Origin: an uncultured Candidatus Saccharibacteria bacterium
Lineage (GTDB): Bacteria; Patescibacteriota; UBA1384; XYA2-FULL-43-10; 1-14-0-10-43-13
Assembly (NCBI GenBank): GCA_964364265.1
Contig: CAYILA010000001.1
Location: 6,808-70,807, forward strand
DNA length: 64,000 bases
Direction of reading: 5' to 3'
This document shows, piece after piece, positions 28,600 through 39,080 of the stretch (the stretch's first letter is position 1; each line of letters starts with the position of its first letter). A program made the position numbers and the translations under genes. The notes under the pieces are model-generated. The model did not search any database. It was not told the DNA's origin and worked only from the letters and a program-made list of their open reading frames with translations.

Positions 28600-29556
28600 A
28601 TGCATAAAAAGATAGGACTTATCGGTGCTGGAGAGTTTGGTAATTTTGCATCCGATGTAATAAATTTATTGCCGAATTTTAAGCTTGCAGCAATAGCCGA
28701 CACAAACGAGCAGGCCGCTTATAAATTGGCAAAAAATTACGGCTCTACGGTTTATAAAGATTATCACGAATTGCTGGAAGATCCGGAGATTAATCTTGTT
28801 ATGATTAACACACCGAACCATACCCATGCGCAGATTGTTATCGAGGCGCTCGATAAGGGGAAACGAGTGCTTTGTGAAAAACCACTTGGTATTAATCGGC
28901 AGGAAATTCAAGCGGTCGAAAAGAAGTTGAGAGAAGCCAAGGGAGTTTTGCTGGTAAATTACCTTCTTCCGCACAGCACTCTTTACAAAAAGCTTCAACA
29001 TATTATGCGGAAAGAAAAATACGGCAACCTGAAATATGTCCGGATTGAAAATTTGGCCACCGAATCAAAAATCAAAAATGGCTGGTATTGGGAAGATTCC
29101 TTAAGCGGGGGTTGGTTTTTAACGGCAGATATCCATTTTTACGACTTATTGATGTTTTTGAAAGACGAGAAGTGGAATGTGGTCAACTCGTATGAGTTCA
29201 AAAAAGATAATAAAACCGGCGCGCTATTTACCGGTTTGAAGTCGGAGAGCGGCGCGCTGGCGAATATTTTCCATGATTTTGGCGTAGATTACTCAAGAGC
29301 AGCTTTCAAGGCCCATTTTTGTTTTGAAAAAGCCAATGTTGAGGTTTTGGGCTGGGTGCCGATTTCAATGAAGATAAAAACAAAAAAAAGTGAAAAAGAG
29401 ATAAACGAGACGGGAGAGAGGGAACATATTTATCAAAAGATGGTGGCAAAAAACTTGAAGGATCTAGCGAAAATGGATCATGACAAATCGATTGACAAGT
29501 TGAGAAAAGTTATCGCCGGTTCCGAGATAGCGTTTATCGCTCAAGAATCCATATAA
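28600..29556 (+). CDS. Gfo/Idh/MocA family NAD(P)-dependent oxidoreductase
   Basis: The N-terminal Rossmann motif KIGLIGAGEFG and the EKPL segment typical of this family. Confidence 0.7.
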   Translation: MHKKIGLIGAGEFGNFASDVINLLPNFKLAAIADTNEQAAYKLAKNYGSTVYKDYHELLEDPEINLVMINTPNHTHAQIVIEALDKGKRVLCEKPLGINRQEIQAVEKKLREAKGVLLVNYLLPHSTLYKKLQHIMRKEKYGNLKYVRIENLATESKIKNGWYWEDSLSGGWFLTADIHFYDLLMFLKDEKWNVVNSYEFKKDNKTGALFTGLKSESGALANIFHDFGVDYSRAAFKAHFCFEKANVEVLGWVPISMKIKTKKSEKEINETGEREHIYQKMVAKNLKDLAKMDHDKSIDKLRKVIAGSEIAFIAQESI

Positions 29557-29578
29557 TTTAGGGTTTACGGGTAAGATT

Positions 29579-31771
29579 ATGAATAATAAGTCAAAAATCA
29601 AAATTGGTTTTTTATCGACCTACACTCCTCGACAATGCGGGATTGCTACATATACGAAATCTTTAGTTGAGATTATAAGCCAGCTTTATCTTAAAGATCC
29701 GGTTTCCGTTTTGGCGGTAAGCAATGAAAAAGGAATTTATAAGTATCCCAAAGAGGTGCTGTTTGAGATAGATCAATTTAATCCAGTCTCTTATATTAAG
29801 GCGGCGGAATATGTAAATGAAAGTCCAATCGAAGTCGTAAATATTCAGCACGAATACGGTATTTTCGGCGGTGAAGACGGAAACTATATAATAAAATTTT
29901 TGCAATGCGTCAATAAGCCGGTTATCACAACATTGCACTCGGTTTTGAAAATTCATAGTCCCCATCGCCAAGAACTGACACAAAAAATTTTAGATCTTTC
30001 GGACAAGGTTGTGGTAATGACCGAGAGCGCCAAAAAGGTATTAATTGACACTTTCAAAATCGTTCCAAATAAGATAGTAGTGATTCGCCACGGGGTTCCC
30101 AATGTCCGATATGACGACAAGGGAAAAGCCAAGAAAAAACTAAAGCTTGTCGGCAAAAAGGTTTTCTGCACTTTCGGACTAATTAATCGAGGCAAAGGCA
30201 TTGAATATGCCATCGAGGCGATGAGAGAAATAGCGAAAAAACACCCCGATTCGATTTATCTGATCATTGGCGCCACTCATCCGAATGTAAAAAGGATGGA
30301 GGGGGAAAATTATCGCCGGATGCTGGAAAACTTGGTTCGAAAATACGGGCTGGACAAGAATGTTTATTTTATTAACAAATTTTTAGACTATAGTCAACTG
30401 GTTGATTATCTGGTGGCGACCGATATTTATCTTTCGCCCCAGCAGGATTTTAATCAATCTTTCTCCGGCGCCATTTCTTATGCGATGGGTTGCGGTTGCG
30501 CAATTATATCGTCTCCGACAGCATATGCTCTTGAGGTACTCGCCAACAATCGCGGTATAATAATAAAACCCGAGCCCAAAATCATTAGCAAGGAAGTCAA
30601 AAAATTATTTGAAAACGGCGCTCTAGGGAAAATACAACTGCGTTGCTACAATTACGCTCGAGCCATGATTTGGCCCGAGGTCGGATTAAAAAAATTAGGG
30701 TTGATGGAGAGGCAGATTTATTTGCAGAATGAGAAATGGCGTCAGAGACTTCCAAAATTCACCGAAGCGCCCGAAAATGATCATTTAATCGATATGACAA
30801 CAAAAATAGGTATCGTCCAGCATGCTGTCAAATCAAAACCGGACTTTAGGTTTGGGTACAGTTTAGATGATCAGGCCAGAGCATTAATCGCCTGTCTCAA
30901 ACAAATAAAATTATTTGGAAAAAATGCCCGAATAGAAGAATTGACAAATTACTATCTGGACTATCTGAAAATCGCTATTGATGAAACGGGGATCATTCAT
31001 AATTTCATTAATAGCAAAGGAAAAATAATCGACCAATACGCTTCGGCTGATTCGGTTAGCCGCGCTTTCTGGTCGCTGGCATATTTGGTCAGTTCAAAAA
31101 GCGTTTCAAGGGCGAATCGGAATAAGGCAAAAAAACTGATCGCGGTCTATGAAGCGAGGATTTTCAATACCTACCTGCGCCCAATCGCCTTTAATTTAAT
31201 CGGGTATTCATTTCTTGGCGATAAAAATAGCGCTAAACGTTTGGCGGATAATTTGGTCGAACGTTTCTTGGATAATACCGAAAACAATTGGAGGTGGTTT
31301 GAAGAGGAGATGACTTGGGGCAACGGCATTATTCCTTACGCTCTGGTTAGGGCATACCGTTTAACAAAAGAAAAAAGATATTTGGATATTGCGATCGAAT
31401 CGACGAACTTCCTGGAGAAAGTAACCCGAAAGAAAAACGTTCCGGTTCCGGTCGGTCAGGAAGAATGGTATCGGAAAGATCATACCAAAGCCCTCTACGA
31501 TCAGCAGCCAATCGAGGCGGCCGATATGGTTTTGTTGTTTAATGAACTTTATTATGCCACAGATGAAGAGAAATATAGGCAAAAAGCGCTGGAGTGGATG
31601 GGTTGGTTTTTCGGAAATAATATCAACGAAACAATAATGTATGATAACATCACACACGGTATTTTGGATGGGCTGGGGCGGACAGGGCCGAACTTAAATC
31701 AGGGAGCCGAATCAATCGCAATATATTTGCTCGCTTACCTTTCTTTCTCCGGCGATGACCGGGTGTTATAA
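29579..31771 (+). CDS. GT4-type glycosyltransferase fused to a ~350-aa C-terminal domain of unknown function (possibly an alpha/alpha-barrel glycosidase-like domain)
   Basis: An N-terminal GT-B pattern (FLSTYTPRQCGIATYT ... EYAIEAM ... SPTAYALE). The C-terminal half is helix-rich and W/Y-rich. Confidence 0.55.
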   Translation: MNNKSKIKIGFLSTYTPRQCGIATYTKSLVEIISQLYLKDPVSVLAVSNEKGIYKYPKEVLFEIDQFNPVSYIKAAEYVNESPIEVVNIQHEYGIFGGEDGNYIIKFLQCVNKPVITTLHSVLKIHSPHRQELTQKILDLSDKVVVMTESAKKVLIDTFKIVPNKIVVIRHGVPNVRYDDKGKAKKKLKLVGKKVFCTFGLINRGKGIEYAIEAMREIAKKHPDSIYLIIGATHPNVKRMEGENYRRMLENLVRKYGLDKNVYFINKFLDYSQLVDYLVATDIYLSPQQDFNQSFSGAISYAMGCGCAIISSPTAYALEVLANNRGIIIKPEPKIISKEVKKLFENGALGKIQLRCYNYARAMIWPEVGLKKLGLMERQIYLQNEKWRQRLPKFTEAPENDHLIDMTTKIGIVQHAVKSKPDFRFGYSLDDQARALIACLKQIKLFGKNARIEELTNYYLDYLKIAIDETGIIHNFINSKGKIIDQYASADSVSRAFWSLAYLVSSKSVSRANRNKAKKLIAVYEARIFNTYLRPIAFNLIGYSFLGDKNSAKRLADNLVERFLDNTENNWRWFEEEMTWGNGIIPYALVRAYRLTKEKRYLDIAIESTNFLEKVTRKKNVPVPVGQEEWYRKDHTKALYDQQPIEAADMVLLFNELYYATDEEKYRQKALEWMGWFFGNNINETIMYDNITHGILDGLGRTGPNLNQGAESIAIYLLAYLSFSGDDRVL

Positions 31772-31782
31772 TTGGTCTAATC

Positions 31783-32349
31783 ATGATCTCATATATTGAG
31801 GGAAAAGTAATATACCGAAAAAACAGCAAGGTAATAATTAATACCGGATTTCTTGGCTATGGTGTTATTGTCTCTCCAAAATTAGAATTTAGAAAGAATG
31901 AAAATTGTAAATTATTCACATATCACAATGTGAGGGAAAATCTAGAAGAGTTGTATGGATTTTCTAGCACCGAAGAGCTTGAATTATTTGAGTTATTGCT
32001 TTTGGTAAACGGAGTCGGCCCCAAAGCGGCGATGCAAATAATATCTTCTTCTGAAATAGACAAAATAAAAAACTCGATATTTTCCGGCGACGCCGTTTTT
32101 TTCACGATGATTCCAGGTATCGGCAAAAAGGTTGCCGGTAAGATTATTCTGGAATTAAAATCAAAAATCGGGATACTCGAAAATAAGGATATGACCATGA
32201 CATTTTCGGAGGACGATGAGGTTTTTGACACATTATCCACCCTTGGTTACAAGAAACATGAGATAGAAAAAATCACGCATAAGATACCAAAAGATATAAA
32301 AACAACCGAAGCGAGAGTTAAATGGTATTTAAAAAACTTATCTAAATAA
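31783..32349 (+). CDS. ruvA: Holliday junction branch-migration complex subunit RuvA
   Basis: MISYIEGKV, the HhH motifs GVGPKAA and IPGIGKK, and the C-terminal domain III. Confidence 0.9.
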   Translation: MISYIEGKVIYRKNSKVIINTGFLGYGVIVSPKLEFRKNENCKLFTYHNVRENLEELYGFSSTEELELFELLLLVNGVGPKAAMQIISSSEIDKIKNSIFSGDAVFFTMIPGIGKKVAGKIILELKSKIGILENKDMTMTFSEDDEVFDTLSTLGYKKHEIEKITHKIPKDIKTTEARVKWYLKNLSK

Positions 32350-32358
32350 TGAGTAACA

Positions 32359-33390
32359 ATGGATATTGAAGACAAGAACATAACCGATCCTTTAGCCGAA
32401 GACGAAGTTTTTGAAAATAATTTAAGACCTAGGGTTATTGATGAATACATCGGCCAGAGCCATATTAAAGAAAATCTCTTAATATTGCTTCGGGCTGCTC
32501 AAAAACGGAAAGAACCGATCGAACACCTGATGCTTTATGGGCCTCCCGGACTTGGAAAAACAACATTGGCTCATGTCATTGCTAATGAGATGAATGCCCC
32601 GATCAGAGTTACCTCCGGACCGGCAATCGAGAGAGCCGGAGATTTGGCTTCGATATTAACCAATATGAATGAGGGAGAGATTCTTTTTATCGATGAAATC
32701 CATCGAATCAACCGCCATGTTGAAGAAGTATTGTATCCGGCGATGGAGGATTATGCGATTGATCTAATTATCGGCAAAGGACCGGCGGCGCGGACAATGA
32801 GAATCGATCTACCTAAATTCACAATCATCGGAGCCACCACTCGAGTCGGCTTGTTATCTTCGCCGCTTCGGGATCGGTTTGGAGCGGTTTATCGATTGGA
32901 TTTTTACAACAATGACGAATTGGCGAGAATTTTAGGGAGGTCTTCAAAAATATTGAATTTAAAAATCGATGACGCCGGAATTTTTGAAATTGCTCAACGG
33001 TCCCGCCGGACGCCCAGAATTGCCAACCGATTACTGCGCCGAGTCAGGGATTTTTCCGAAGTGATGCACAAAGGATCGATTGACAGAGAGATAGCCCATC
33101 AGGCATTATCAAAATTGGATATAGACGGTGTCGGTTTGGATAAAGTGGATAAGCTTTATCTTTCAATGTTGATTGAAAAATTCGGCGGCGGGCCGGTCGG
33201 GCTGGAAACAATTTCAGCGGCGATCGGAGAGGACAAGGATACGATCGAGGATGTTGTTGAGCCGTTCCTTCTTCAATTAGGTTTTATCAACCGAACCAAA
33301 AAGGGCAGGGTTGTCACTCCAATTTGTTATGAACATTTGAAAATAAATCTGCCGGCTGGCGGAAAAAAAGAGGACCAAAAATTATTTTAA
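32359..33390 (+). CDS. ruvB: Holliday junction branch-migration ATPase RuvB
   Basis: The Walker A motif [11 protein letters not shown], Walker B motif FIDEIHR and the winged-helix C-terminal domain. Confidence 0.95.
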   Translation: MDIEDKNITDPLAEDEVFENNLRPRVIDEYIGQSHIKENLLILLRAAQKRKEPIEHLMLYGPPGLGKTTLAHVIANEMNAPIRVTSGPAIERAGDLASILTNMNEGEILFIDEIHRINRHVEEVLYPAMEDYAIDLIIGKGPAARTMRIDLPKFTIIGATTRVGLLSSPLRDRFGAVYRLDFYNNDELARILGRSSKILNLKIDDAGIFEIAQRSRRTPRIANRLLRRVRDFSEVMHKGSIDREIAHQALSKLDIDGVGLDKVDKLYLSMLIEKFGGGPVGLETISAAIGEDKDTIEDVVEPFLLQLGFINRTKKGRVVTPICYEHLKINLPAGGKKEDQKLF

Positions 33391-33413
33391 GGCAAAATAA
33401 AAGGTAGAATAAA

Positions 33414-33977
33414 ATGACATCCGGCAAAAAGGATAATGTCTTACTTCATGTCTGTTGCGCCGCCTGCGCCAGTTTTGTCTCTTTAGAAATGGAAAAAAAC
33501 AATTATCATTCAGTATTATTTTATTTTAATCCTCACTTCAACCATTTAGAATACCACTATCGGTTCCAGGGATTGGAAAAAATGTCGGCAACAAAAGATC
33601 TGGAGCTAATCGTTCCAAATTACAATCAGGATGAATATTTTTCAATCATAAATCCATTTCAGGATAAAAAATCAATCAAATTCATCAGTGACGAGGAGCG
33701 ATTAAACCGAACAAAGAGGGAATTAGCAATGGATCTTGTTCTGACAAAGTTGGCGGAGAAAGCGAAAGAGTTTAAAATCAAAGTAGTCACGACTTCAATG
33801 CTTTGTTCGCCGTATCGTGATCACAACACAATTTGGGATATGGGATCAAAGATTTCAAAAGATCACAAATTAGAGTTTTATTATCAGGATTTTCGCAAAG
33901 GTTACTGGATGGGAAGAAACATTGCCAGAAATTCCAACTTGGCGATTCCTTCCTACTGTTCGGATTATTTGGAGTAA
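33414..33977 (+). CDS. queH: epoxyqueuosine reductase QueH (DUF208)
   Basis: LLHVCCAAC is the conserved Cys cluster of QueH, and the protein is about 190 aa. Confidence 0.6.
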   Translation: MTSGKKDNVLLHVCCAACASFVSLEMEKNNYHSVLFYFNPHFNHLEYHYRFQGLEKMSATKDLELIVPNYNQDEYFSIINPFQDKKSIKFISDEERLNRTKRELAMDLVLTKLAEKAKEFKIKVVTTSMLCSPYRDHNTIWDMGSKISKDHKLEFYYQDFRKGYWMGRNIARNSNLAIPSYCSDYLE

Positions 33978-33978
33978 T

Positions 33979-34170
33979 ATGACATACCTAATTCTTTTAT
34001 TCTTCGCGATCCTTCTGTTTTTCGCTCTTTATAGTTTTGTCGGAATTTACCATTTGTGGCGTTTTGGATATGTCGGCGATATGACAAAACCGTTCGTGGT
34101 AATTTATTTAATTGTGGCTGCTACCGTATCGATATTTTCATTTATTCTATTAATAATTCAGGTTTATTAA
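33979..34170 (+). CDS. small membrane protein (2 TM)
   Basis: MTYLILLFFAILLFFALYSFVGIY... An ATG lies immediately after the queH stop. Confidence 0.4.
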   Translation: MTYLILLFFAILLFFALYSFVGIYHLWRFGYVGDMTKPFVVIYLIVAATVSIFSFILLIIQVY

Positions 34171-34911
34171 ATGAGAAGAGAAAAGAGATTATTTCCAACC
34201 CAAGAACCAAGCGAAGAGGTCAGGCTACTTCTTCGCAAGCATTGGTTTCGCTATGTCCCGATAATGTTAATTGCGGCATTGATGCTTGCGCCGTTGATTA
34301 TTCTTGTCAACTACTATTATGTTGTTTATCAGCAGATTGATTCTTTATATGGAGCAATCATGATAATCGGAGGGACATCATACGCCCTGTTTATTCTGGC
34401 TCTGATGTTGTTTATTTTTGTCGATTATTATCTTGATATTAATATTGTTACTGACAGAAGAATCGTCGATATCAGACAGGACGGTTTTTTCCATCGGACA
34501 ATATCGGAATTGAGTTTGGATGAAGTTCAGGATGTTTCAGCGGCGGTCAACGGTCCCTTTGCAACCACGATGCACTACGGCGATGTTCTAATTCAAACAG
34601 CCGGAACTTTGCCGAACTTTACTTTCTTTTCCGTTCCTCATCCGTATCAGGTTTCAAAAGAGATTATGGATTTGCATGATCAAAGGGAAAGACGGTTGAG
34701 AAAAGCCGGCACCGGCAAATTGATTAATCCCTCCGGAGAGGATGTCGAAATTATTATCGCTCCGGATCAGGAAAAAGCCCGGGAAATATTAAGCGGCATT
34801 GAAAGAGATAAAAGCAGAGAAGGCAGAAGTAGAACCGTCAGCTATTTTGATTATTCAAAGATTGATAAGGGTACGGAAGTTAGGGAGGGTGAAAGCGTTG
34901 ATATTAAATGA
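34171..34911 (+). CDS. membrane protein with bacterial PH-like (YdbS/YdbT-type) domain
   Basis: LLLRKHWFRYVPIMLIAALML matches the N-terminal motif of DUF304/bPH_2 proteins. Two TMs and a C-terminal charged tail follow. Confidence 0.45.
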   Translation: MRREKRLFPTQEPSEEVRLLLRKHWFRYVPIMLIAALMLAPLIILVNYYYVVYQQIDSLYGAIMIIGGTSYALFILALMLFIFVDYYLDINIVTDRRIVDIRQDGFFHRTISELSLDEVQDVSAAVNGPFATTMHYGDVLIQTAGTLPNFTFFSVPHPYQVSKEIMDLHDQRERRLRKAGTGKLINPSGEDVEIIIAPDQEKAREILSGIERDKSREGRSRTVSYFDYSKIDKGTEVREGESVDIK

Positions 34912-34985
34912 AAAAAATTCGGTTCGATGAAATTGTCCACTGTTTTTATGCGGTCGCAAACAATGCGTTAAGGTTTCTCGAATAA

Positions 34986-35714
34986 TTATCGGTATTTCCC
35001 AGCGATGATGTTTTTGCGTACTTGCCAGGAGTCTTTGATCATTTGAAAACCGTCTTTGATCGGGTTGACGGTTGAATGGGGATTGTCGTACCAAATTATT
35101 CCGACCTCTTTGATTTTATAACCCAATTTTTTAGCGATCGCTAATACTTCGATGTCAAAGGAGAAACGATCGAATTTAGTTCTTTTGAATATTTCTATGG
35201 CGGCATCATGTTGAAAGAGTTTAAATCCGCACTGGGTGTCGTAAATACCCGGAACAGCTAAAATCCTGATTATCAAATTCAAAAAACGGCTTCCCCATAT
35301 TCGATAAAAAGGTTGAGGTCGAGCTAATTTCCCATCCCACGAGTATCTCGAACCGACAACCACTTCATGGCTCTCGGCCACGTCTAGAAGTTTTTTTACC
35401 TGTTCAATCGGGGTTGAGTTATCGGCGTCGGCAAATAATATATAATCGCCTTTTGCTTGCAAAATACCCTCCCTGACGGTATATCCCTTGCCCCGATTTT
35501 CTTCCCGACTGATTATTTTTAAATCGGAAATTCGGTCTGAAAATCGCTGAGCCGATTTGTCGGTTCGATCCGGAGAGCCGTCAATTAGAACTATCGTCTC
35601 GATAGAAAACTCGACATGTCTTTCGAAGCGTTCAACCGCCTCTAAAACAACATGGATTCTTTCCTCTTCTTTGTATGCTGGAATGACGATTGAAAGATGC
35701 GGTTTATTCTCCAT
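34986..35714 (-). CDS. GT2 glycosyltransferase, dolichol-phosphate-mannose synthase-like (polyprenol-phosphate sugar transferase)
   Basis: LSIVIPAYKEEERI, the DxD motif FADADNS and a DPM1-like layout. Confidence 0.7.
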   Translation of the reverse strand: MENKPHLSIVIPAYKEEERIHVVLEAVERFERHVEFSIETIVLIDGSPDRTDKSAQRFSDRISDLKIISREENRGKGYTVREGILQAKGDYILFADADNSTPIEQVKKLLDVAESHEVVVGSRYSWDGKLARPQPFYRIWGSRFLNLIIRILAVPGIYDTQCGFKLFQHDAAIEIFKRTKFDRFSFDIEVLAIAKKLGYKIKEVGIIWYDNPHSTVNPIKDGFQMIKDSWQVRKNIIAGKYR

Positions 35715-35723
35715 TATTCCCCT

Positions 35724-37541
35724 TTATTTTTGCTGATTAAAAAGAGGGTTTGCGGTATTCGATATCGCGGTGTCGATTTTGGTGATCGGATAAGGGCTGG
35801 TCGGCGGATTGTCACGCAGTTGTTCGTCGCTGATATTAAATACCAGAATCGATCCCCCTATTTCGGTTGTCGGTTTATATTGATCCAACCAGCCGTACGA
35901 CCACTTTCCCTCCTTTTCGCCATAAAGTTTTGAGGATTGGTAAAAGGTTGACGAAACCGCCAACCAACCGGCCGCCGGACCGTAAGAACTGTGCCACTCC
36001 CGAGCTTCCGGAATATAGTAACTTGGCACCGAACCTCCAAAATAGTCCACTTTAATATCGGAAATACCGTTATCGTCTATATATTTTTTTAACCTAAGCA
36101 TATCCTGACCCCAATCAAGAGAAGAATCGACCATATATTTGTAGCGTTGGTCTTTCGGTACGAAATTATTAAAATAAGCAATATATTGGGGATAGTATGA
36201 AATAGTGTGATACATTTGGAAAGCGACCAAAACTAAGACGATGCCAAATAAATATTTCTTATCTTTTATTTTACTTACCAACCAACCGATTAACAAAAGT
36301 ACGAATGGAACAGTTGGCATTAGGTGGCGGATTCCGATATTTAGCGATCCCTTCAGAGTAAACGCCCAGTAAATTATTATCGGTATCGAGACCAACCAAA
36401 TTTTCCAAGATTCTTCTTTGGTTTTTTTAATAAAGAATAGGGAGACAACCGAAGCGAGGGTCAGAACAATAATCGGAATCGGGGTTTTTATCAACCAGGC
36501 GACCGGGAAAAACCAAGGGATTGATTTCTCGGCGACCTGTCCCATCAAGAAAGTGGCGTTGCCGCCCCCGACACGACCAATTACCAAGAAAATACCAAGA
36601 AGGTAATGGCCGACAGCCCGGGTTATCGGATTACCCTCAAAAAGGTGCAGAAAATTACGCAAGATCAGGGTTCTGGAATCGTCGGTTAAGTTACTCTCAA
36701 TCACTTCGTGCTCAATCGAAACCGGAGTGTTCCAGACAAAAGGAATATAGACCAACCAGACTAGAATCAGGGAAATAAAACAAACCCAGAAATATATTTT
36801 TAAATATGACAATATATTATTCCGGTATTCCTTCCGACTATTAATCCAAGCCCGAACAAATATCAGAAGCAAAAGGACCCCGTATAACAGAAAGGCGGAA
36901 AATTTTAAGAGCTGGGCGACACCAAAGGATAAACCGGCAATAATGATATTTCTTAGACTCGGTTTTTCAATGGCGTTATTAAAACTCAAGATTGTTATCA
37001 GATAACCAAACGCCGCCGCAATGTCGGTCGTTACCAACCGGCCGTGAGCGATGACATCGGGATAAAAAGCATAAAAGGCGAGGACTATCAAACCGACTTT
37101 CTTACCATACCAGCGGCTGGCAACGAGATAGAGTATTAATCCTAAAATCAACATCAAAATCATAATTGGAATCCGACTCATCAGTAATACCTGTTTTGGA
37201 TTATTACCGGCTTCGTAAAGCATATACCAACCGGCTTCCCATTGGTTGATTCCGTTCCAACTCCAATCGTCCTTTATCCCTTTTATTTCGTTATTGAGAG
37301 TCAGAGGAATGCCGGCGAGCGCTTTGGCCAAAGGCGGATGTTCCGGATTGAGGCGAAAATCTTGATATTTATCATACGAGTAGCCGGAGGGAATATGGGC
37401 AATTTCGTCAACCGTTCCGGAGTCGCCCGGGTCGCCGAATGCCCCGCTGGAGGAAAAAAAAGCGATTAAAAACATCGACAATAAGATTATTCCGGCGATT
37501 ATCCAAGCAAGAATGGTATTTGAGATATTTTTATTGTTCAT
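35724..37541 (-). CDS. GT-C fold membrane glycosyltransferase (PMT/ArnT-like, GT39/GT83 family)
   Basis: About 12 TMs. The first extracytoplasmic loop carries the DE motif (DEIAHIPSGYSY), and there is a large C-terminal periplasmic domain. Confidence 0.55.
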   Translation of the reverse strand: MNNKNISNTILAWIIAGIILLSMFLIAFFSSSGAFGDPGDSGTVDEIAHIPSGYSYDKYQDFRLNPEHPPLAKALAGIPLTLNNEIKGIKDDWSWNGINQWEAGWYMLYEAGNNPKQVLLMSRIPIMILMLILGLILYLVASRWYGKKVGLIVLAFYAFYPDVIAHGRLVTTDIAAAFGYLITILSFNNAIEKPSLRNIIIAGLSFGVAQLLKFSAFLLYGVLLLLIFVRAWINSRKEYRNNILSYLKIYFWVCFISLILVWLVYIPFVWNTPVSIEHEVIESNLTDDSRTLILRNFLHLFEGNPITRAVGHYLLGIFLVIGRVGGGNATFLMGQVAEKSIPWFFPVAWLIKTPIPIIVLTLASVVSLFFIKKTKEESWKIWLVSIPIIIYWAFTLKGSLNIGIRHLMPTVPFVLLLIGWLVSKIKDKKYLFGIVLVLVAFQMYHTISYYPQYIAYFNNFVPKDQRYKYMVDSSLDWGQDMLRLKKYIDDNGISDIKVDYFGGSVPSYYIPEAREWHSSYGPAAGWLAVSSTFYQSSKLYGEKEGKWSYGWLDQYKPTTEIGGSILVFNISDEQLRDNPPTSPYPITKIDTAISNTANPLFNQQK

Positions 37542-37553
37542 TATCTTTCTTCA

Positions 37554-39068
37554 TTATTTCGTATTGCTCTCGGCAAAAGACCGTTTTGTTGATTTGACGG
37601 TTACTTTCCATTCCAGATATTTTCCAAGCATCAGTCGGGTCTGGGATTCGATGGCTGGGATTGAGGAAAAGACAATGTTGGTGATTGGGAGGACGATCGG
37701 CGTCAGAATCCAATCCAAGATAATACGGAGGATTGGTTTTTTGCCTTTATGCGGCGGCACCAGTAAGGTTGAAATAATCAAAGTCGTTACCATACCGATC
37801 CAAGCTACTCCCAGAAGACGGGAGTAGACAAGCGGAAAATTGTAGGCCAAGACGGTGTCGCGGAAATCGGGATTTAGAAGCAGCGGAAACCAGGCCGATG
37901 TTGCTAAAATTACCGAAGTGGTTGCCCAAGTAATGTGGGCCTCCCAAAGAATCAGGGCGTTTGCCCAGCGGTCGATGAAAGGAATTTTTTTGTTGCCAAA
38001 AGTGTGTTGCATAACATAGGGGATGTCGGAGACGCCCCAAGCCCAGCGTTTTTTCTGGATATACTGTTCGCGTAAGGTAGTTCGAAAATCTCCGGCCAAA
38101 ATCGCGTCTTGATAGATCGGAACATAGAGAGGCACGACATCATATTGGCCGTTAAATTTATAATATGACCGCCAGTACTGATGTCCGTCTTCGACTATAG
38201 TGTTTTTGGCCCAAAAATTTACCTGAACCAGGGCCTCCAGACTTTGGGCGTGGGCGGAGAAATTTTTTAACCGAGAAGGCCGCGTCGCCACAATCAACTG
38301 CCAGAAAGAAGAACCCATTGCAGTCAAGCGCATCGGCATCGGCACATCCCAAATATTGTTAAAATACATCGGCAGGGGTTGGAAACTCTTATGGACGGGG
38401 TCGTCGTCCATAAGATATTTAAAAGTCAAACAGGCGAGATATTTTTTGTCGACCAAATTGTCGGCGTCCATATTGGTGACAATTACATTTTCAAATGGGA
38501 TATTTTTATCTTTGAAATAGGGGACCATATGCTCGCCGGTGAAAGTGATATTGGGGCCTTTACCAATGATTTCGTTAGGAAGATCTTTCGGGTGCATGAA
38601 AGTTAGAACATCGCCAAGTTTATTTTTATATTTTTTGATTAAAAAATTGGCGTGTGCCCGGCCCTGTTCCCTGTCCCTTTCCTCGGTGGCCAAGACATAT
38701 ATTATTTTATCCTTAGGATAATCGGAATTAATCACCGATTGGATGGATGATTCCAGAATCGGCAACTCCTCTTTGTAGGTCGGAACAATCACCAAATGAT
38801 AAATATCATGCCAGGATTTTTTAGGCGCCAACTCATCCAACTGGGCAAACCAATCAATTTTCATATCTCTTTTGTAATTGCGGTAGCCGACAATCAACCG
38901 GAAGGACATAAAAAAGGCCTTAACGACCCAGTAGCTTAAAAAAAATATCATGTAGACGGCAAAGAATTTTGCGGCGACAATAGACAAAATAATCGGCATA
39001 ACTATAACCAGCCAAGATAGCGCTCCCGGGAGTACTTCAAATAATCTTTTATATCGCCACTGTTTCAT
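37554..39068 (-). CDS. membrane-embedded processive GT2 glycosyltransferase (cellulose/chitin-synthase-like)
   Basis: The DxD motif VTNMDADN and QKKRWAWG, the QxxRW processivity motif. TMs are present at both ends. Confidence 0.6.
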   Translation of the reverse strand: MKQWRYKRLFEVLPGALSWLVIVMPIILSIVAAKFFAVYMIFFLSYWVVKAFFMSFRLIVGYRNYKRDMKIDWFAQLDELAPKKSWHDIYHLVIVPTYKEELPILESSIQSVINSDYPKDKIIYVLATEERDREQGRAHANFLIKKYKNKLGDVLTFMHPKDLPNEIIGKGPNITFTGEHMVPYFKDKNIPFENVIVTNMDADNLVDKKYLACLTFKYLMDDDPVHKSFQPLPMYFNNIWDVPMPMRLTAMGSSFWQLIVATRPSRLKNFSAHAQSLEALVQVNFWAKNTIVEDGHQYWRSYYKFNGQYDVVPLYVPIYQDAILAGDFRTTLREQYIQKKRWAWGVSDIPYVMQHTFGNKKIPFIDRWANALILWEAHITWATTSVILATSAWFPLLLNPDFRDTVLAYNFPLVYSRLLGVAWIGMVTTLIISTLLVPPHKGKKPILRIILDWILTPIVLPITNIVFSSIPAIESQTRLMLGKYLEWKVTVKSTKRSFAESNTK

Positions 39069-39080
39069 AGTATGCCTCTA

